Source: Candidatus Omnitrophota bacterium
Lineage (GTDB): Bacteria; Omnitrophota; Gorgyraeia; Duberdicusellales; 4484-171
Direction: 5' to 3'
Assembly: GCA_003154195.1 (NCBI GenBank)
Contig: PMCS01000024.1
Location: forward strand, 28 to 64,027
DNA length: 64,000 nucleotides
Shown: positions 47,347-57,517 of the stretch, in pieces
Layout of the letters: every line of letters starts with the position of its first letter
Position numbering within the stretch: position 1 is the first letter of the stretch
The notes under the pieces: generated by a model
What the model was told of the DNA's origin: nothing
The model's input: only the letters and a program-made list of their open reading frames with translations
The model's database searches: none
Made by a program: the position numbers and the translations under genes

Positions 47347-48819
47347 TTAACCCTGCGCGTATTGCAGCGCTAAAATCTGCGCCCGGGCTTTGTTGACAGT
47401 TTCTTTATATTCTTTTTCGGGGCGGGAATCGTTGACAATGCCCGCTCCGGCCTGGATATAAGCTTTACCATTATTAAAAAGAATAGTGCGAATTATTATA
47501 CACGTATCCATGCTGTTTGTGAAGGAAAAATATCCAATACTGCCTCCGTACAGGCCGCGCGCTTGCGGTTCGATATCGTTGATAATCTGCATTGCCCGCA
47601 CTTTCGGCGCGCCGCTTAACGTCCCGGCGGGAAAACAACTTATGAAGGCGGAAAAAATATCTTTGTTTTTAGCTAATTTTGCCCGCACTTCGCTTACGAT
47701 ATGCATGACATGCGAAAATCGTTCGACATATTTAAACCGCGGCGCAATGACTGTAGCTTTTTCCGCCACCCGGCCGAGGTCGTTGCGCGCCAGGTCTACC
47801 AGCATGATGTGTTCGGCAATTTCCTTGGTGTCGGTGAGTAAATCCTTTTCCAGGGCAATATCTTCGGCTTCGTTAGCCCCGCGGGGACGCGTGCCGGCAA
47901 TGGGATGAGTAACCAGTTCATTCTTTTCGCAGCGCAGGAGCATTTCCGGCGAAGACCCGGCCACGGTTACGCCTTTAAAATCAAGGAAAAACATATAAGG
48001 CGAAGGGTTCAGGATACGCAGGTACCGGTATACTTCGAACGGTTCGGCGTCAAAATCAGCGCTGAATTGCTGGGAAGGCACCGCCTGGATAATATCGCCG
48101 CGCCGGATGTGGCTTTTTATTTTTTCGACGGCGCGCATAAATTCTTTCTTACGGAAATTAGAACGGATGCCGATTTTTTTTAAACAAAACTTAAGCGGCG
48201 GCAATCCCGGCGATGCAGCAATATCTTCGAACAGTTTTATCAGATTTTGTTTTTCTCGCGCGTAGATTCTCCTGATATTTTTCTTTTCCCCGATCGCCGC
48301 AAAGGAAAGTATCTCGATCTGACGCTTGACATGGTCGAAAATAATGAGAAATTTCGGCAGGATGAAATAAGTATCCGCCAGGCCGGCTTTATCCGGTAGC
48401 TCTTTTCCGATCGGTTCATAAAAACGCGCGATATCATATCCGGCATACCCCACAAACCCGCCAAAAAACCGCAAGTTTTCCAGCGGCGCCACGCTGAAAC
48501 GCGACATTAGTTCTTTTAATTCATAGATAGGATCTTGGGCGGTCTGGAAAATACGCGTATGCACGCCGGATAAATTAATCGTCCGGCCTTTACTGCGAAA
48601 AGTCTGGAGCGGCGAGAATCCCAGAAACGAAAAGCGAGAAACCTTTTCTTCCCCCTCTACCGACTCCAAAAGAAAACTTTCGCCCTTAAAACGTTTACGC
48701 AGCCGCGCGTAAATCGACACCGGCGTCAACCAATCGCAGTAGAATTTATGCGACAGGACGATCAGGTTATGCTTTTTGGCTAGTTTTATAAATTGGTTTA
48801 TGTTGGGATTAATGTCCAT
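47347..48819 (-). CDS. trpE: anthranilate synthase component I
   Basis: FLLESVE, NPSPYM, GSSPE, PIAGTR, EHIMLVDLARND, GTLSGAPK, AGAGIV. Confidence 0.93.
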   Translation of the reverse strand: MDINPNINQFIKLAKKHNLIVLSHKFYCDWLTPVSIYARLRKRFKGESFLLESVEGEEKVSRFSFLGFSPLQTFRSKGRTINLSGVHTRIFQTAQDPIYELKELMSRFSVAPLENLRFFGGFVGYAGYDIARFYEPIGKELPDKAGLADTYFILPKFLIIFDHVKRQIEILSFAAIGEKKNIRRIYAREKQNLIKLFEDIAASPGLPPLKFCLKKIGIRSNFRKKEFMRAVEKIKSHIRRGDIIQAVPSQQFSADFDAEPFEVYRYLRILNPSPYMFFLDFKGVTVAGSSPEMLLRCEKNELVTHPIAGTRPRGANEAEDIALEKDLLTDTKEIAEHIMLVDLARNDLGRVAEKATVIAPRFKYVERFSHVMHIVSEVRAKLAKNKDIFSAFISCFPAGTLSGAPKVRAMQIINDIEPQARGLYGGSIGYFSFTNSMDTCIIIRTILFNNGKAYIQAGAGIVNDSRPEKEYKETVNKARAQILALQYAQG

Positions 48820-49176
48820 TTAAATTATCTTTCTAAAAAAACAACTCCGTTCTCCCGTGTGACAGGCTTTGCCCCCGATTTGCTCGACTTCAACAAGCAA
48901 AACGTCGGCGTCGCAATCATAATGAATATGTTTCACTTTCTGGACATTTCCCGACGTATCGCCTTTGCGCCATAATTCCTTGCGCGAGCGCGACCAAAAA
49001 CAGGTGCGGCCTTCCGCTAAGGTTATCCCCAGCGATTCTTTATTCATCCAGGCGACCATCAGGACGTCTTTCTTTTTATAATCCTGGATGATCGCGGGAA
49101 TCAATCCCCGGTCGTCAAACTTCAACTCCGGTGTCGCAATTTTTGCGGTATTTTTCTTCTTCTTCACGTCTTTCAT
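48820..49176 (-). CDS. hisI: phosphoribosyl-AMP cyclohydrolase
   Basis: [36 protein letters not shown]. Confidence 0.95.
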   Translation of the reverse strand: MKDVKKKKNTAKIATPELKFDDRGLIPAIIQDYKKKDVLMVAWMNKESLGITLAEGRTCFWSRSRKELWRKGDTSGNVQKVKHIHYDCDADVLLVEVEQIGGKACHTGERSCFFRKII

Positions 49177-49292
49177 GCTTTTTCCCCTCGTTTTTTCAAG
49201 TTTTGTCAAAACCAACCACAAAATCCTTATCGATTACTAATGCGAGCAATCCCGGCTACTGCCGGAATTCTAAATAAAAGTTTCTTAGTTTT

Positions 49293-50135
49293 TTATATCC
49301 TAACCCCTATTCCCTTTTTAGCCAGATAGTCTTTTATTTCTCTGATTTTAATTTCCCGGTAATGGAATATTGAAGCCGCCAGGGCCGCCGTAGCTTTTGT
49401 CTCGGTGAAAACATCGTAAAAATCAACGATGCTCCCCGCGCCGCCGGAAGCAATCACGGGGATTTTTACCGCGTTCGAAACCGCTCCGGTAAGGCCAATA
49501 TCAAAACCATTTTTTGTGCCGTCGGAATCCATACTGGTCAAAAGTATTTCTCCCGCTCCCAGCTTTTCCGCTTTCTTCGCCCACTCGACCACGTCGATCC
49601 CCGTAGGGGTTCTGCCGCCGTTGACATAAACTTCCCATTTGTCAGAAGACGCTATGGGTGATTGATGAAGGATGATGGATGAGGGATGATAAAAATATTT
49701 TTTTCGTCCTTCGTCCTTCATCCTTCGTCCTTCGCGCTTCTTCGCGTCGATTGCTACTACGATACACTGGCTGCCGAAAATCCTGCTTGCCTGAGTAATC
49801 AATCCGGGGTGATTTACCGCGGCGGTATTAATCGACACCTTATCGGCGCCGGCAATCAGTAATTGGCGTATATCCCCGGCGGTACGTACGCCGCCGCCTA
49901 CGGTAAACGGCATAAATACTACGTTGGCAACCTTTTTTACCAATTCCACGGTTGTGGCGCGCCGCTCGTGGCTGGCGGTGATATCCAGAAAAACCAGTTC
50001 ATCCGCTCCCTCTTTTTCATAAATCAGGGCGTTTTCCACCGCGTCGCCGGCGTCGCGCAGGTTAACAAAATTAACCCCTTTTACGACTCGGCCATTATTG
50101 ATATCTAGGCAGGGAATAATCCGCTTTGCCAACAT
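49293..50135 (-). CDS. hisF: imidazole glycerol phosphate synthase cyclase subunit with ~25-30 aa insertion
   Basis: [48 protein letters not shown]. Confidence 0.96.
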   Translation of the reverse strand: MLAKRIIPCLDINNGRVVKGVNFVNLRDAGDAVENALIYEKEGADELVFLDITASHERRATTVELVKKVANVVFMPFTVGGGVRTAGDIRQLLIAGADKVSINTAAVNHPGLITQASRIFGSQCIVVAIDAKKREGRRMKDEGRKKYFYHPSSIILHQSPIASSDKWEVYVNGGRTPTGIDVVEWAKKAEKLGAGEILLTSMDSDGTKNGFDIGLTGAVSNAVKIPVIASGGAGSIVDFYDVFTETKATAALAASIFHYREIKIREIKDYLAKKGIGVRI

Positions 50136-50143
50136 AAGGCAAA

Positions 50144-50172
50144 ATTATACCACATTATTTTTTGCGAAGCAA
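50144..50172 (-). promoter_or_regulatory. sigma70 promoter 8 nt before the hisF ATG (probably leaderless mRNA)
   Basis: TTGCTT-17 nt-TATAAT with extended TG; no Shine-Dalgarno. Confidence 0.6.
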
Positions 50173-50233
50173 CAAATAGCGGCCTTACGGAGATAACACG
50201 CGGGCAGGCATCGATTGATGAAAACGTTCAAGA

Positions 50234-51016
50234 TTATTTCGTTGTGTTGCCGATTTCGACAGCGGCCGGAGATTTAGTTTTGATCATAGACACAAAGTCC
50301 ACCGGTATAACGTCTTTGGTTTGGACTTTGCCATTTTTCTTTAGAACCATTTTAAGTTTTTGTCCGCCGGAGGCGTTTTCGACTGGAATTACCAGCCTAC
50401 CGCCTTCTTTGAGTTGTTTGATTAGTTCTGGTATTATGGAGTCGGCGGCAAACCCTACGATTATCGCGTCAAAAGGAGCCTCTTCCGGCCAGCCGAGTGT
50501 CCCTTCCCCTAAACGGAAGTGAATGTTGGGGTATTTCAGGCGCCCAATCCGCTCTTCAGCCTTGGCTTTCATCTCTTCCTGGATGTCCACCGTATAAACG
50601 TCTTTGCATAGCAAGCTTAAAATCGCGGCGTGGTAACCGCTGCCCGTGCCCAATTCCAGCACTTTTTCCTGTCCTTCCAGTTTAAGAAGTTCGGTCATCA
50701 TCGCCAATACGTACGGCCTGGCCGTAGTCTGGTTCTGTCCGATAGGAAGCGTTTTGTCTTCGTAGGCCTGCGCTTTGTACTCGGGTAGTACGAACTCATG
50801 GCGCGGCACGGACAAAAACGCCCGGATGACTTTTTTATCGTGCATCCCATACCCGATGATATACTGTTCAACCATATTCCGGCGTTTTACGGCATACGCC
50901 GTGTCGACGGCAATATTTTTCTGAGCGGCAGTATCCTTATTTTGTTCTTGAGCGTAGGAAAATAAACTTAATATGAAACAAAACAAAACCAGCAAAAATA
51001 TGATTTTATTATTCAT
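50234..51016 (-). CDS. pcm: protein-L-isoaspartate O-methyltransferase with N-terminal signal-like segment
   Basis: VPRHEFV, LPIG..QT, VLELGTGSGY, GWPEEAPFDAI, QLKEGGRLVIP. Confidence 0.9.
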   Translation of the reverse strand: MNNKIIFLLVLFCFILSLFSYAQEQNKDTAAQKNIAVDTAYAVKRRNMVEQYIIGYGMHDKKVIRAFLSVPRHEFVLPEYKAQAYEDKTLPIGQNQTTARPYVLAMMTELLKLEGQEKVLELGTGSGYHAAILSLLCKDVYTVDIQEEMKAKAEERIGRLKYPNIHFRLGEGTLGWPEEAPFDAIIVGFAADSIIPELIKQLKEGGRLVIPVENASGGQKLKMVLKKNGKVQTKDVIPVDFVSMIKTKSPAAVEIGNTTK

Positions 51017-51335
51017 AATTTTTCCCCTATTCCCCGATGGTTGGCGATTGCGCGAAAAATAAGCATTGTTTGCTTATCCCGCAAATCGCATTCTGTTACA
51101 TTGTATTATTTGCATTATATCATTTATGTAATTATTTGCTAACAAATTATTTCGCGCAAAAATTGCGAAACGATCCGCGCAAAATTTTCCTTGTCGGCAC
51201 AGCGCATTGTTGATAGACTATGCCCAGGTGATTAAAAAAGAATAAAACTGTAACCACATGATTACAGTGCGTAGCGAAGCATTGAATTTCTTTGTGACTT
51301 AGTGCCTTGGTGGTAAAGTTTTTGGTTTTTACCTT

Positions 51336-51908
51336 ATGAAAAATAAATTATCAGCGGGATTGATGGGCTTATTGATTATTACCGCGGTTTGCCCGGCCGG
51401 CAAAGCTTTTGGCCAGTCATCCCTGGATTATTATAATCAGGGAATCGAATATTTAAGGCGGGGATTTGTTCAGGAAGCCGCGAATAACTTCGAAAAAGCC
51501 GTTTATCTCAATCCTCAATATGCCGCCGCTTTCGCCGCTTTAGGAACGGCTTATCACGCCATGGAAAGATATGAAGAAGCGGTTAACGCCTGTAAGAAAG
51601 CGATTGAGCTCCAGCCCGGCATGGTCGACCCATATATCACCATGGGTTCTTCTCATTTTCTGCTGGGGAATCCGGACGAAGCCATGACTGCCTACAAAAA
51701 AGCGATAGACCTTAATCCCAATATCCCCGAAGCATACTATGGTTTGGCGCAAATCTACCAATTATTCGGTAACCCCAAACAGGCTAAGGAAAACGGGGCT
51801 AAAGCGATAGATTTGTTCGCCAAACGAGGCAATAAAGCAGGGGCAGAAGAAGTGGAAAATTTCCTGCAGACGATCCGCGGAAGCGGTGCAACCTCGACCA
51901 CGGAATAG
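51336..51908 (+). CDS. exported tetratricopeptide repeat protein
   Basis: Signal peptide and four 34-aa TPR units (A...KA..LNP). Confidence 0.88.
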   Translation: MKNKLSAGLMGLLIITAVCPAGKAFGQSSLDYYNQGIEYLRRGFVQEAANNFEKAVYLNPQYAAAFAALGTAYHAMERYEEAVNACKKAIELQPGMVDPYITMGSSHFLLGNPDEAMTAYKKAIDLNPNIPEAYYGLAQIYQLFGNPKQAKENGAKAIDLFAKRGNKAGAEEVENFLQTIRGSGATSTTE

Positions 51909-52017
51909 CCCGCTCGGCTTCGCCAGGGATGTTCGATGGATAGTGAGTCCCTGCCGCTGAATAAATGGTAAGTTAAATCAATCTATGGCAGTTATATTAG
52001 ACCCGGGATATCTTTTG

Positions 52018-52395
52018 CTATTTCGTTCCTAAAATCCTTTTTGCGGTTTCGATCACCCTTGAAGGTTCGAGGGGCTTGGTGATAAAATCTTTCGCGCCGT
52101 TCTTGATCGCGTCAACGACCAGGGCATTCTGGGTCATCGCGGAAATCATAATTATTTTTGCCTTAGGGTCAATTTTTATTATTTCTTTTACTGCTCCGAT
52201 ACCGTCAACTTCCCTCATGCTGGGCATAATAATATCCATGGTAACCAGGTCGGGTTTTAATTTCTTATACTTCTCGATAGCTTCTTCGCTGTTTCCTGCT
52301 TCACCGCAAATTTCAAAACCCTCCTCCTTGAAGATATCAATAAGATTCTTGCGGGCAAAAGACGAATCGTCGACGATTAAAATCCTTATTGGCAT
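52018..52395 (-). CDS. single-domain CheY-like response regulator
   Basis: IVDDS, PDLVTMDIIMP, ISA, FITKP. Confidence 0.9.
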   Translation of the reverse strand: MPIRILIVDDSSFARKNLIDIFKEEGFEICGEAGNSEEAIEKYKKLKPDLVTMDIIMPSMREVDGIGAVKEIIKIDPKAKIIMISAMTQNALVVDAIKNGAKDFITKPLEPSRVIETAKRILGTK

Positions 52396-52486
52396 ATTAT
52401 CTCCTTATATTGATGGAAATATCTTATACCTTTTAATAAATTTGACAAGGAAGACTAATCCAATATGCTTTGAAAACCTTTTTAGC

Positions 52487-53311
52487 TCATTCCTTAGCCC
52501 CCGCCTGCTTCAGTAAAGTGGCAATTTCTGCATGCCCGCTCTGCTCTGCCCACGCCAAGGCTGTCCTGCCACCGTTATCTTTCACATCGGTGCTAGCGCC
52601 ATTGCTCAATAAAAGCCCGACGGTTTTAGCATGTTCACTCTCATACTTCTGCGGCGAGGAAATGTAATAGCTCACCGCCCACATTAAAACTGTCTTACCA
52701 TTGTTATCTTTCGCGTTGATGTCAGCGCCGTTGGCCAACAAAACCGTGACGGTTTCTGCATGCCCCCCTTGAGCTGTCATCATCAAGGCAGTCCGGCCGT
52801 TATGACCCCTGGTATTGACCTCGGCGCCCTTAGCCAGCAAAAGTTTGACGATTTCAGTATGTCCGATACCTGCTGCCGACATCAAAGCGGACTGGCCGTT
52901 GTAAGCTTTAGCATTAACCTCGGCGCCGTGGGCTAACAAAATAGTAATAATTTCAATATTTCCCGTGTTCGCCGCCAAAAGCAAGGCCGTAAAATTATAG
53001 TTATCTCTGGCATTGACGTCGGCACCGAGAGCCAATAAGACCTTGACGATTCCGGCGTGTTCCTTTTCACGCCCATCTTCTACATACCATAATTGCGAGA
53101 AGGAATATACCTCACGCATCAAGACCGTCTTGCCATTACGATCTTTCGCGTTGATACCGCCGGCCTTGGCCAAAAGGGCCGTGGTGGCTTCAGCATTTCC
53201 GGCCTCTACTGCCTCAAGCAACTGCCGGCCCAAATCCTGCGCGAAAATGGTAGCGGAAATCAATGACACAAACAATACAATTCCACTGCCTATTTTTATT
53301 ATCCGCGGCAT
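52487..53311 (-). CDS. exported ankyrin repeat protein
   Basis: Repeated G.TAL..AA..G..E.V..LL..GA.VN. Confidence 0.9.
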   Translation of the reverse strand: MPRIIKIGSGIVLFVSLISATIFAQDLGRQLLEAVEAGNAEATTALLAKAGGINAKDRNGKTVLMREVYSFSQLWYVEDGREKEHAGIVKVLLALGADVNARDNYNFTALLLAANTGNIEIITILLAHGAEVNAKAYNGQSALMSAAGIGHTEIVKLLLAKGAEVNTRGHNGRTALMMTAQGGHAETVTVLLANGADINAKDNNGKTVLMWAVSYYISSPQKYESEHAKTVGLLLSNGASTDVKDNGGRTALAWAEQSGHAEIATLLKQAGAKE

Positions 53312-53629
53312 TCCTTCATCTCCTTATTTTTCCCCTGCCCGCAAGAGTACTTGTTTTCAAACTTTTATATATTTATTTTTATGGGTAAAACTCAGTAAAA
53401 GTAATGTCTTTTTTTACTTAATGATTTTATTTTACAACTTTTTGTCAATCCAACAATAGAAATAAAACCTTAAGACTTTATACTATAAAACTGTCATACT
53501 TTTGGCAATTTCTTCGGGAAAATACGGACGTATAGGGAAAATTGTATAAAGAGGTATAAACGGCAAAGACGGCTTTTTAGATAAATTTAATGCGGGATTT
53601 TTCGAGGATTGGAAAAGAGTAAGAAAAAG

Positions 53630-53704
53630 CAGCCCCAAGGGGATTCGAACCCCTGTTACCTGGTTGAGAACCAGGCGTCCTAGGCCAGGCTAGACGATGG
53701 GGCC
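53630..53704 (-). tRNA. tRNA-Glu(CTC), CCA not encoded
   Basis: Acceptor GGCCCCA/TGGGGCT, anticodon arm CCTGG-TTCTCAA-CCAGG, T-arm AGGGG-TTCGAAT-CCCCT. Confidence 0.96.
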
Positions 53705-53705
53705 A

Positions 53706-53860
53706 TATAAAGTAGCGAGTAGAAAGGAAAAAGTAGAAACGAAAAGTATATTAAGGAATAATCGTTTATGATTTTAAAGGATAAAGCAGTTTTGTCAATA
53801 ACCATCGTTTTTATCTTTTGTTTTTGTATTTTCTTTCTACTTTCTCATCGCTACTTTATA
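53706..53860. repeat. periodic-arm inverted repeat (7-nt units)
   Basis: Perfect ends tataaagtagcga/tcgctactttata; agtagcg-agtagaa-aggaaaa-agtagaa. Confidence 0.8.
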
Positions 53861-53867
53861 CTTTTTT

Positions 53868-54632
53868 TTAGATTTCCACGCTCATCCCGTCCCGCGCGCA
53901 GACAATATCCATTTTCAGTTCTTCTTTTAATTTTTCTTCCAGGATGTGTGGTTTGGCTTTAAGCATTGACATGCCGAAATGCGTGAGGATAGTTTTTCCG
54001 GGTTTAATTTTTTTTATAAGCTGGATTGCTTCTTGGAGGCAGAGATGGTCAATGCCCGGCCTTTTCTCAAGAAACACCACGTTCAGGACAAGAATATCCG
54101 CTCCCTTATGCGCTTTGGCCAAACCGTCGAAATATTTGCTGTCCCCGGCAAAAGAGACGATCTTGCCGTCGAAATCAAATCTCAATCCATAAGTCTCGAC
54201 CTGTGTATGGATATTCTTTACGGGTACAGTAAAATTGATATCGCCGATGCTGAATTGGCCGGGGCTCAGGAGAGTTATTTTTTCGGGAAAATTCCCGGCA
54301 TACTTAAATACAACATTATTCTCGCCGAACGCGTCCGAAGGCACGAATAATGTCCCTCTTTTTTTAAAACCACCTTCGGTCATCGCTTCAATCATTACAT
54401 TGATGTCACCGGAGTGGTCAAGGTGTTTATGGGTCAGGATGATGGCGTCTAATTTAGAAGGGTCAAGCTTGGGCCGACTGCTGTTTACCCGCACGATCGC
54501 GCCCGGGCCGGGGTCGATAAGGATGTTGGTAGATTTCCAATTCAACCAGATACCGCCGGATGAACGCAGTTGCCTGATCATCACAAAACGAGCGCCGGCG
54601 GTGCCTAAAAATTTTATAAATCCCATGCTCAC
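53868..54632 (-). CDS. MBL-fold metallo-hydrolase
   Basis: FLGTAG, IDPGPG, THKHLDH, GDS, LTHFG. Confidence 0.9.
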   Translation of the reverse strand: MSMGFIKFLGTAGARFVMIRQLRSSGGIWLNWKSTNILIDPGPGAIVRVNSSRPKLDPSKLDAIILTHKHLDHSGDINVMIEAMTEGGFKKRGTLFVPSDAFGENNVVFKYAGNFPEKITLLSPGQFSIGDINFTVPVKNIHTQVETYGLRFDFDGKIVSFAGDSKYFDGLAKAHKGADILVLNVVFLEKRPGIDHLCLQEAIQLIKKIKPGKTILTHFGMSMLKAKPHILEEKLKEELKMDIVCARDGMSVEI

Positions 54633-54638
54633 TCCGTT

Positions 54639-54792
54639 CGCCGCAGATAATCGCTGATTAGATGATGCAGATGATCACCGATAAATACTATAAACCTCGA
54701 TAAAAAACGGAAATCGTAATTTATTATTTTGAATTTAAACGTTATATTAATATCTGTGATCATCTGCTTCTTCTCATCAGCGATCATCGGCG
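54639..54792. repeat. periodic-arm inverted repeat, cgctgattag family
   Basis: cgccgcagataatcgctgat..gcagatgatcac ... gtgatcatctgc..atcagcgatcatcggcg. Confidence 0.85.
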
Positions 54793-55274
54793 CCGGCGAG
54801 CCAAATCTTGCGCATTTCTTCGGTTATTTCCTGTTGTAAAGGATAGCTTATCTCTTTTTCGTTGCCGTTGCCGACAATATTTTTATTTTTAACGGCGTCT
54901 TCCTTAAGAAATTCTTTTATGTGCGCGCAGGGCACGCCATTAGTTTTGGCATAATCGCGGATGCTGCGGTCATCGGTTACGACAATTGCTTCGGAGGCAG
55001 CGCATGGTTTTTTAGTAGTCTTTATCTGGTAAACAATATTTTTTATGATATCGTCCGCGCTTTTATCGGAACTGAAAAGTACCTGGAATTGCGACTCTTT
55101 TTTTACCTCGGGATTAAAATTTCCGTCAAAAACTATAATCGCTTTATTATTTTTACTTCCCGTAAGGGAATAGCGGTGTATATAATTTATCAGGTCGGTA
55201 TGGATGGAACTCGAATTATTAAGCTGGGGGATTTTGTGGGCCAGATTGAAAGCATCGATTATATAGACCAACAT
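54777..55274 (-). CDS. YacP-like NYN domain nuclease
   Basis: IIDAFN, IVFDG, SADD.I, VVTDDR. Confidence 0.8.
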   Translation of the reverse strand: MLVYIIDAFNLAHKIPQLNNSSSIHTDLINYIHRYSLTGSKNNKAIIVFDGNFNPEVKKESQFQVLFSSDKSADDIIKNIVYQIKTTKKPCAASEAIVVTDDRSIRDYAKTNGVPCAHIKEFLKEDAVKNKNIVGNGNEKEISYPLQQEITEEMRKIWLAGADDR

Positions 55275-56184
55275 AGGTAATTCCTCCCAGGATACCAAGG
55301 CTTATGAGAAAAACTAAATTTATTAAAGATAAATTGAGCCCGATTGCCTTATTGATCCCTACCAGGGAAAAAAAATAAACCGCCGCGCCTTCGCGTAATC
55401 CCGCTCCGGCAATCGTGATCGGGACAAGAGCAATCGACATGATGATCGGCACAAGGATCAAAAAATAAAAAATGCTTACGTTTATGTTAAAAGCTTTTGA
55501 GCAGACGAAGAACCCGAAGGAACTGAAAAACTGGACCAAAAACGAAAAAATCATCGTCGTTAAAAATGCTTTCGGATTCTTTTTAAAAAAATATAACTGG
55601 TCATGGAAATCGACGATCTTAACCCGCAACGGCGAGCCTTCCTTCAGTACGCCGACACAAAACGTGAATACTTTTTTGCTGAAAATCAGAAGCGCGGCGC
55701 AAAAATAAATCGAAAACATGATGAGCAGGGAAACGAAAATCTGCGGCTGGGGGAAAAGTTTTCTTCCCAGCAGGTAAAAAAATACCGCCAAGATGATTAA
55801 CGCCATTCCCCCGCTGAAGCGATCCATCACGACGCTTGCCGCAACTTTTTTTGCGTTACCGTAATGGCCGGTTATGCTTACCGCCCGGAAAACATCGCCG
55901 GCGACGAAGGAGGGAAAAAAAAGATTGAGAAAATAACTGGAAGTATAAACGCCGAAAAGGGCGCACGCGGTAACGTTTATACCGACGGCAGCCAGGACGT
56001 ATTTCCAGCGCAACGCGCAGATAACAAAGGTCAGGTAAAACACCCCCAGTCCCAACAAGATGTAAATTTTATGAGAATTTCGATAAACTGCGGCTAAATC
56101 TTTATAGGGAACAAATTTAAACAGCGCGAAGATCAACCCGGCCGTCGCCAGAAGCTTTAAGACGTAGGAGAGTTTATTTTTCAT
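55219..56184 (-). CDS. lysylphosphatidylglycerol synthase TM / flippase-like membrane protein
   Basis: RWK, FLNLFFPS..AGD..R, DR..G, PITIAGAGLRE; multiple TM helices. Confidence 0.85.
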   Translation of the reverse strand: MKNKLSYVLKLLATAGLIFALFKFVPYKDLAAVYRNSHKIYILLGLGVFYLTFVICALRWKYVLAAVGINVTACALFGVYTSSYFLNLFFPSFVAGDVFRAVSITGHYGNAKKVAASVVMDRFSGGMALIILAVFFYLLGRKLFPQPQIFVSLLIMFSIYFCAALLIFSKKVFTFCVGVLKEGSPLRVKIVDFHDQLYFFKKNPKAFLTTMIFSFLVQFFSSFGFFVCSKAFNINVSIFYFLILVPIIMSIALVPITIAGAGLREGAAVYFFSLVGINKAIGLNLSLINLVFLISLGILGGITYVGLYNRCFQSGPQNPPA

Positions 56185-56212
56185 ATTTTTTATTTTTCGC
56201 TTCGCGAAAATA

Positions 56213-56359
56213 AATTAAGGAAATTGGGGTATCGGAAAATCATGATTTGGTGATTTGGGTATTGGGATACTCGGCCATCGGTTATCGCCTCTTTGCCGTT
56301 TCCCCTAATTTCCCAGTCTCCCAATCCCCGAATCCTGATCCCCTAATCCCCTGATATCC
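56213..56359. repeat. 147-bp octamer-period palindromic element, copy 1
   Basis: G-rich and C-rich arms around atcggttatcgcctctttgccg; direct repeat of 57316-57462. Confidence 0.85.
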
Positions 56360-56375
56360 CAATTTAAAATTACCC

Positions 56376-57305
56376 TTAAACACTAATATAGCCGCCCTTC
56401 AGATATTTATAGGCGCTTAGCGCGGCAACCGCGCCCTCGGCGGCGGCGGTGATCAATTGCCGCAATGGCCGTTTTCGGCAATCGCCGCAGGCCCAGATAA
56501 ACGGCTGCGATGTAGTCAAATATTCATCAGTGACGATAAATCCCCCTTCGTCCAGATTCACACAATCCCTAAAGACTTCCGTAGCGGGCTTTACACCGAC
56601 CGCGACAAATAAGCCTTGGACATCGCGGGTATGGGTTTCTTTTGTCTTTAAGTTTTCAACAATAAGGCGTTGGAGCGATTGTTCCCCTTTTAATTCCCTG
56701 ATCGCGCTGTCGTAAATGACCTCGATGTTATTTTTTCCCGATACTTCTTTTCGCAGGTATTCCATGGCCCGGAAGCTGTTCCGGCGGTGGATAAGATAAA
56801 CCTTACGGCAAATACTTGCCAGGTACAAGGCTTCTTCGAGGGCAGTGTTGCCTCCGCCGGCCACAGCGACATCTTTATTCTTAAAGAAAAACCCGTCGCA
56901 TACCGCGCAGTAAGAAACGCCCTTGCCGAGAAATTCTTCCTCGCCCGGGGCGCCGAGTTTTTTGAATGAAGCGCCGGTAGCGAGGATCGCGCTTTTAGCG
57001 CGGTAGGTTGTGTTTTCCGAGTGAAGGGCCAGCGCTTTATCTTCGACGCGAACCTTAGTGATTTCTTCCTGTGTAATTTCGATATCCAGGTCCTGCAAAG
57101 TTTTTGCCAATTCGGCGGCAAGTTCCCGGCCTTTTGTCCCTAATTTTGTCCCGATGTAATTATCGACGGTTTCCATGAAGAAAAGCTGCCCGCCCACGCC
57201 TTTTGATTCGAAAAGAATAAAATCAAGACCGGAGCGTTTAGCGTAAACCGCCGCGCTTATTCCGGCTATCCCTCCTCCGATAATCGCAAGGTCTGTATTT
57301 GTCAT
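56376..57305 (-). CDS. trxB: thioredoxin reductase
   Basis: IIGGG.AG, ATGA, GVSYCAVCDG, GGGNTA.EEA, HRR, GD. Confidence 0.92.
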   Translation of the reverse strand: MTNTDLAIIGGGIAGISAAVYAKRSGLDFILFESKGVGGQLFFMETVDNYIGTKLGTKGRELAAELAKTLQDLDIEITQEEITKVRVEDKALALHSENTTYRAKSAILATGASFKKLGAPGEEEFLGKGVSYCAVCDGFFFKNKDVAVAGGGNTALEEALYLASICRKVYLIHRRNSFRAMEYLRKEVSGKNNIEVIYDSAIRELKGEQSLQRLIVENLKTKETHTRDVQGLFVAVGVKPATEVFRDCVNLDEGGFIVTDEYLTTSQPFIWACGDCRKRPLRQLITAAAEGAVAALSAYKYLKGGYISV

Positions 57306-57315
57306 AATGATTTTT

Positions 57316-57462
57316 AATTAAGGAGATTGGGGTATTGGGAAATTAGGATTTGGATATTAGGATACTGGGATATTTGCCTATCGGTTATCGCCTCTTTGCC
57401 GATCCCCCTAATTCCCTAATTTCCCAATCCCCAAATCCCGATATCCTGATCCCCTGATATCC
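57316..57462. repeat. 147-bp octamer-period palindromic element, copy 2
   Basis: Colinear with 56213-56359; identical 22-bp centre. Confidence 0.85.
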
Positions 57463-57517
57463 TAAAAGGAGATCCCGATACTTTTAAATTAAGTCGCCAT
57501 AATATTACAGGCAGCCT

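Noticed and set aside
49645-49734. hisF and aroA inserts as inteins or self-splicing introns
   Set aside because: Far too short, with no intein terminal residues or group I/II cores.
51336-53704. Island integrated at tRNA-Glu
   Set aside because: The TPR, CheY and ankyrin genes look accessory, but no duplicated tRNA 3' end or integrase was found.
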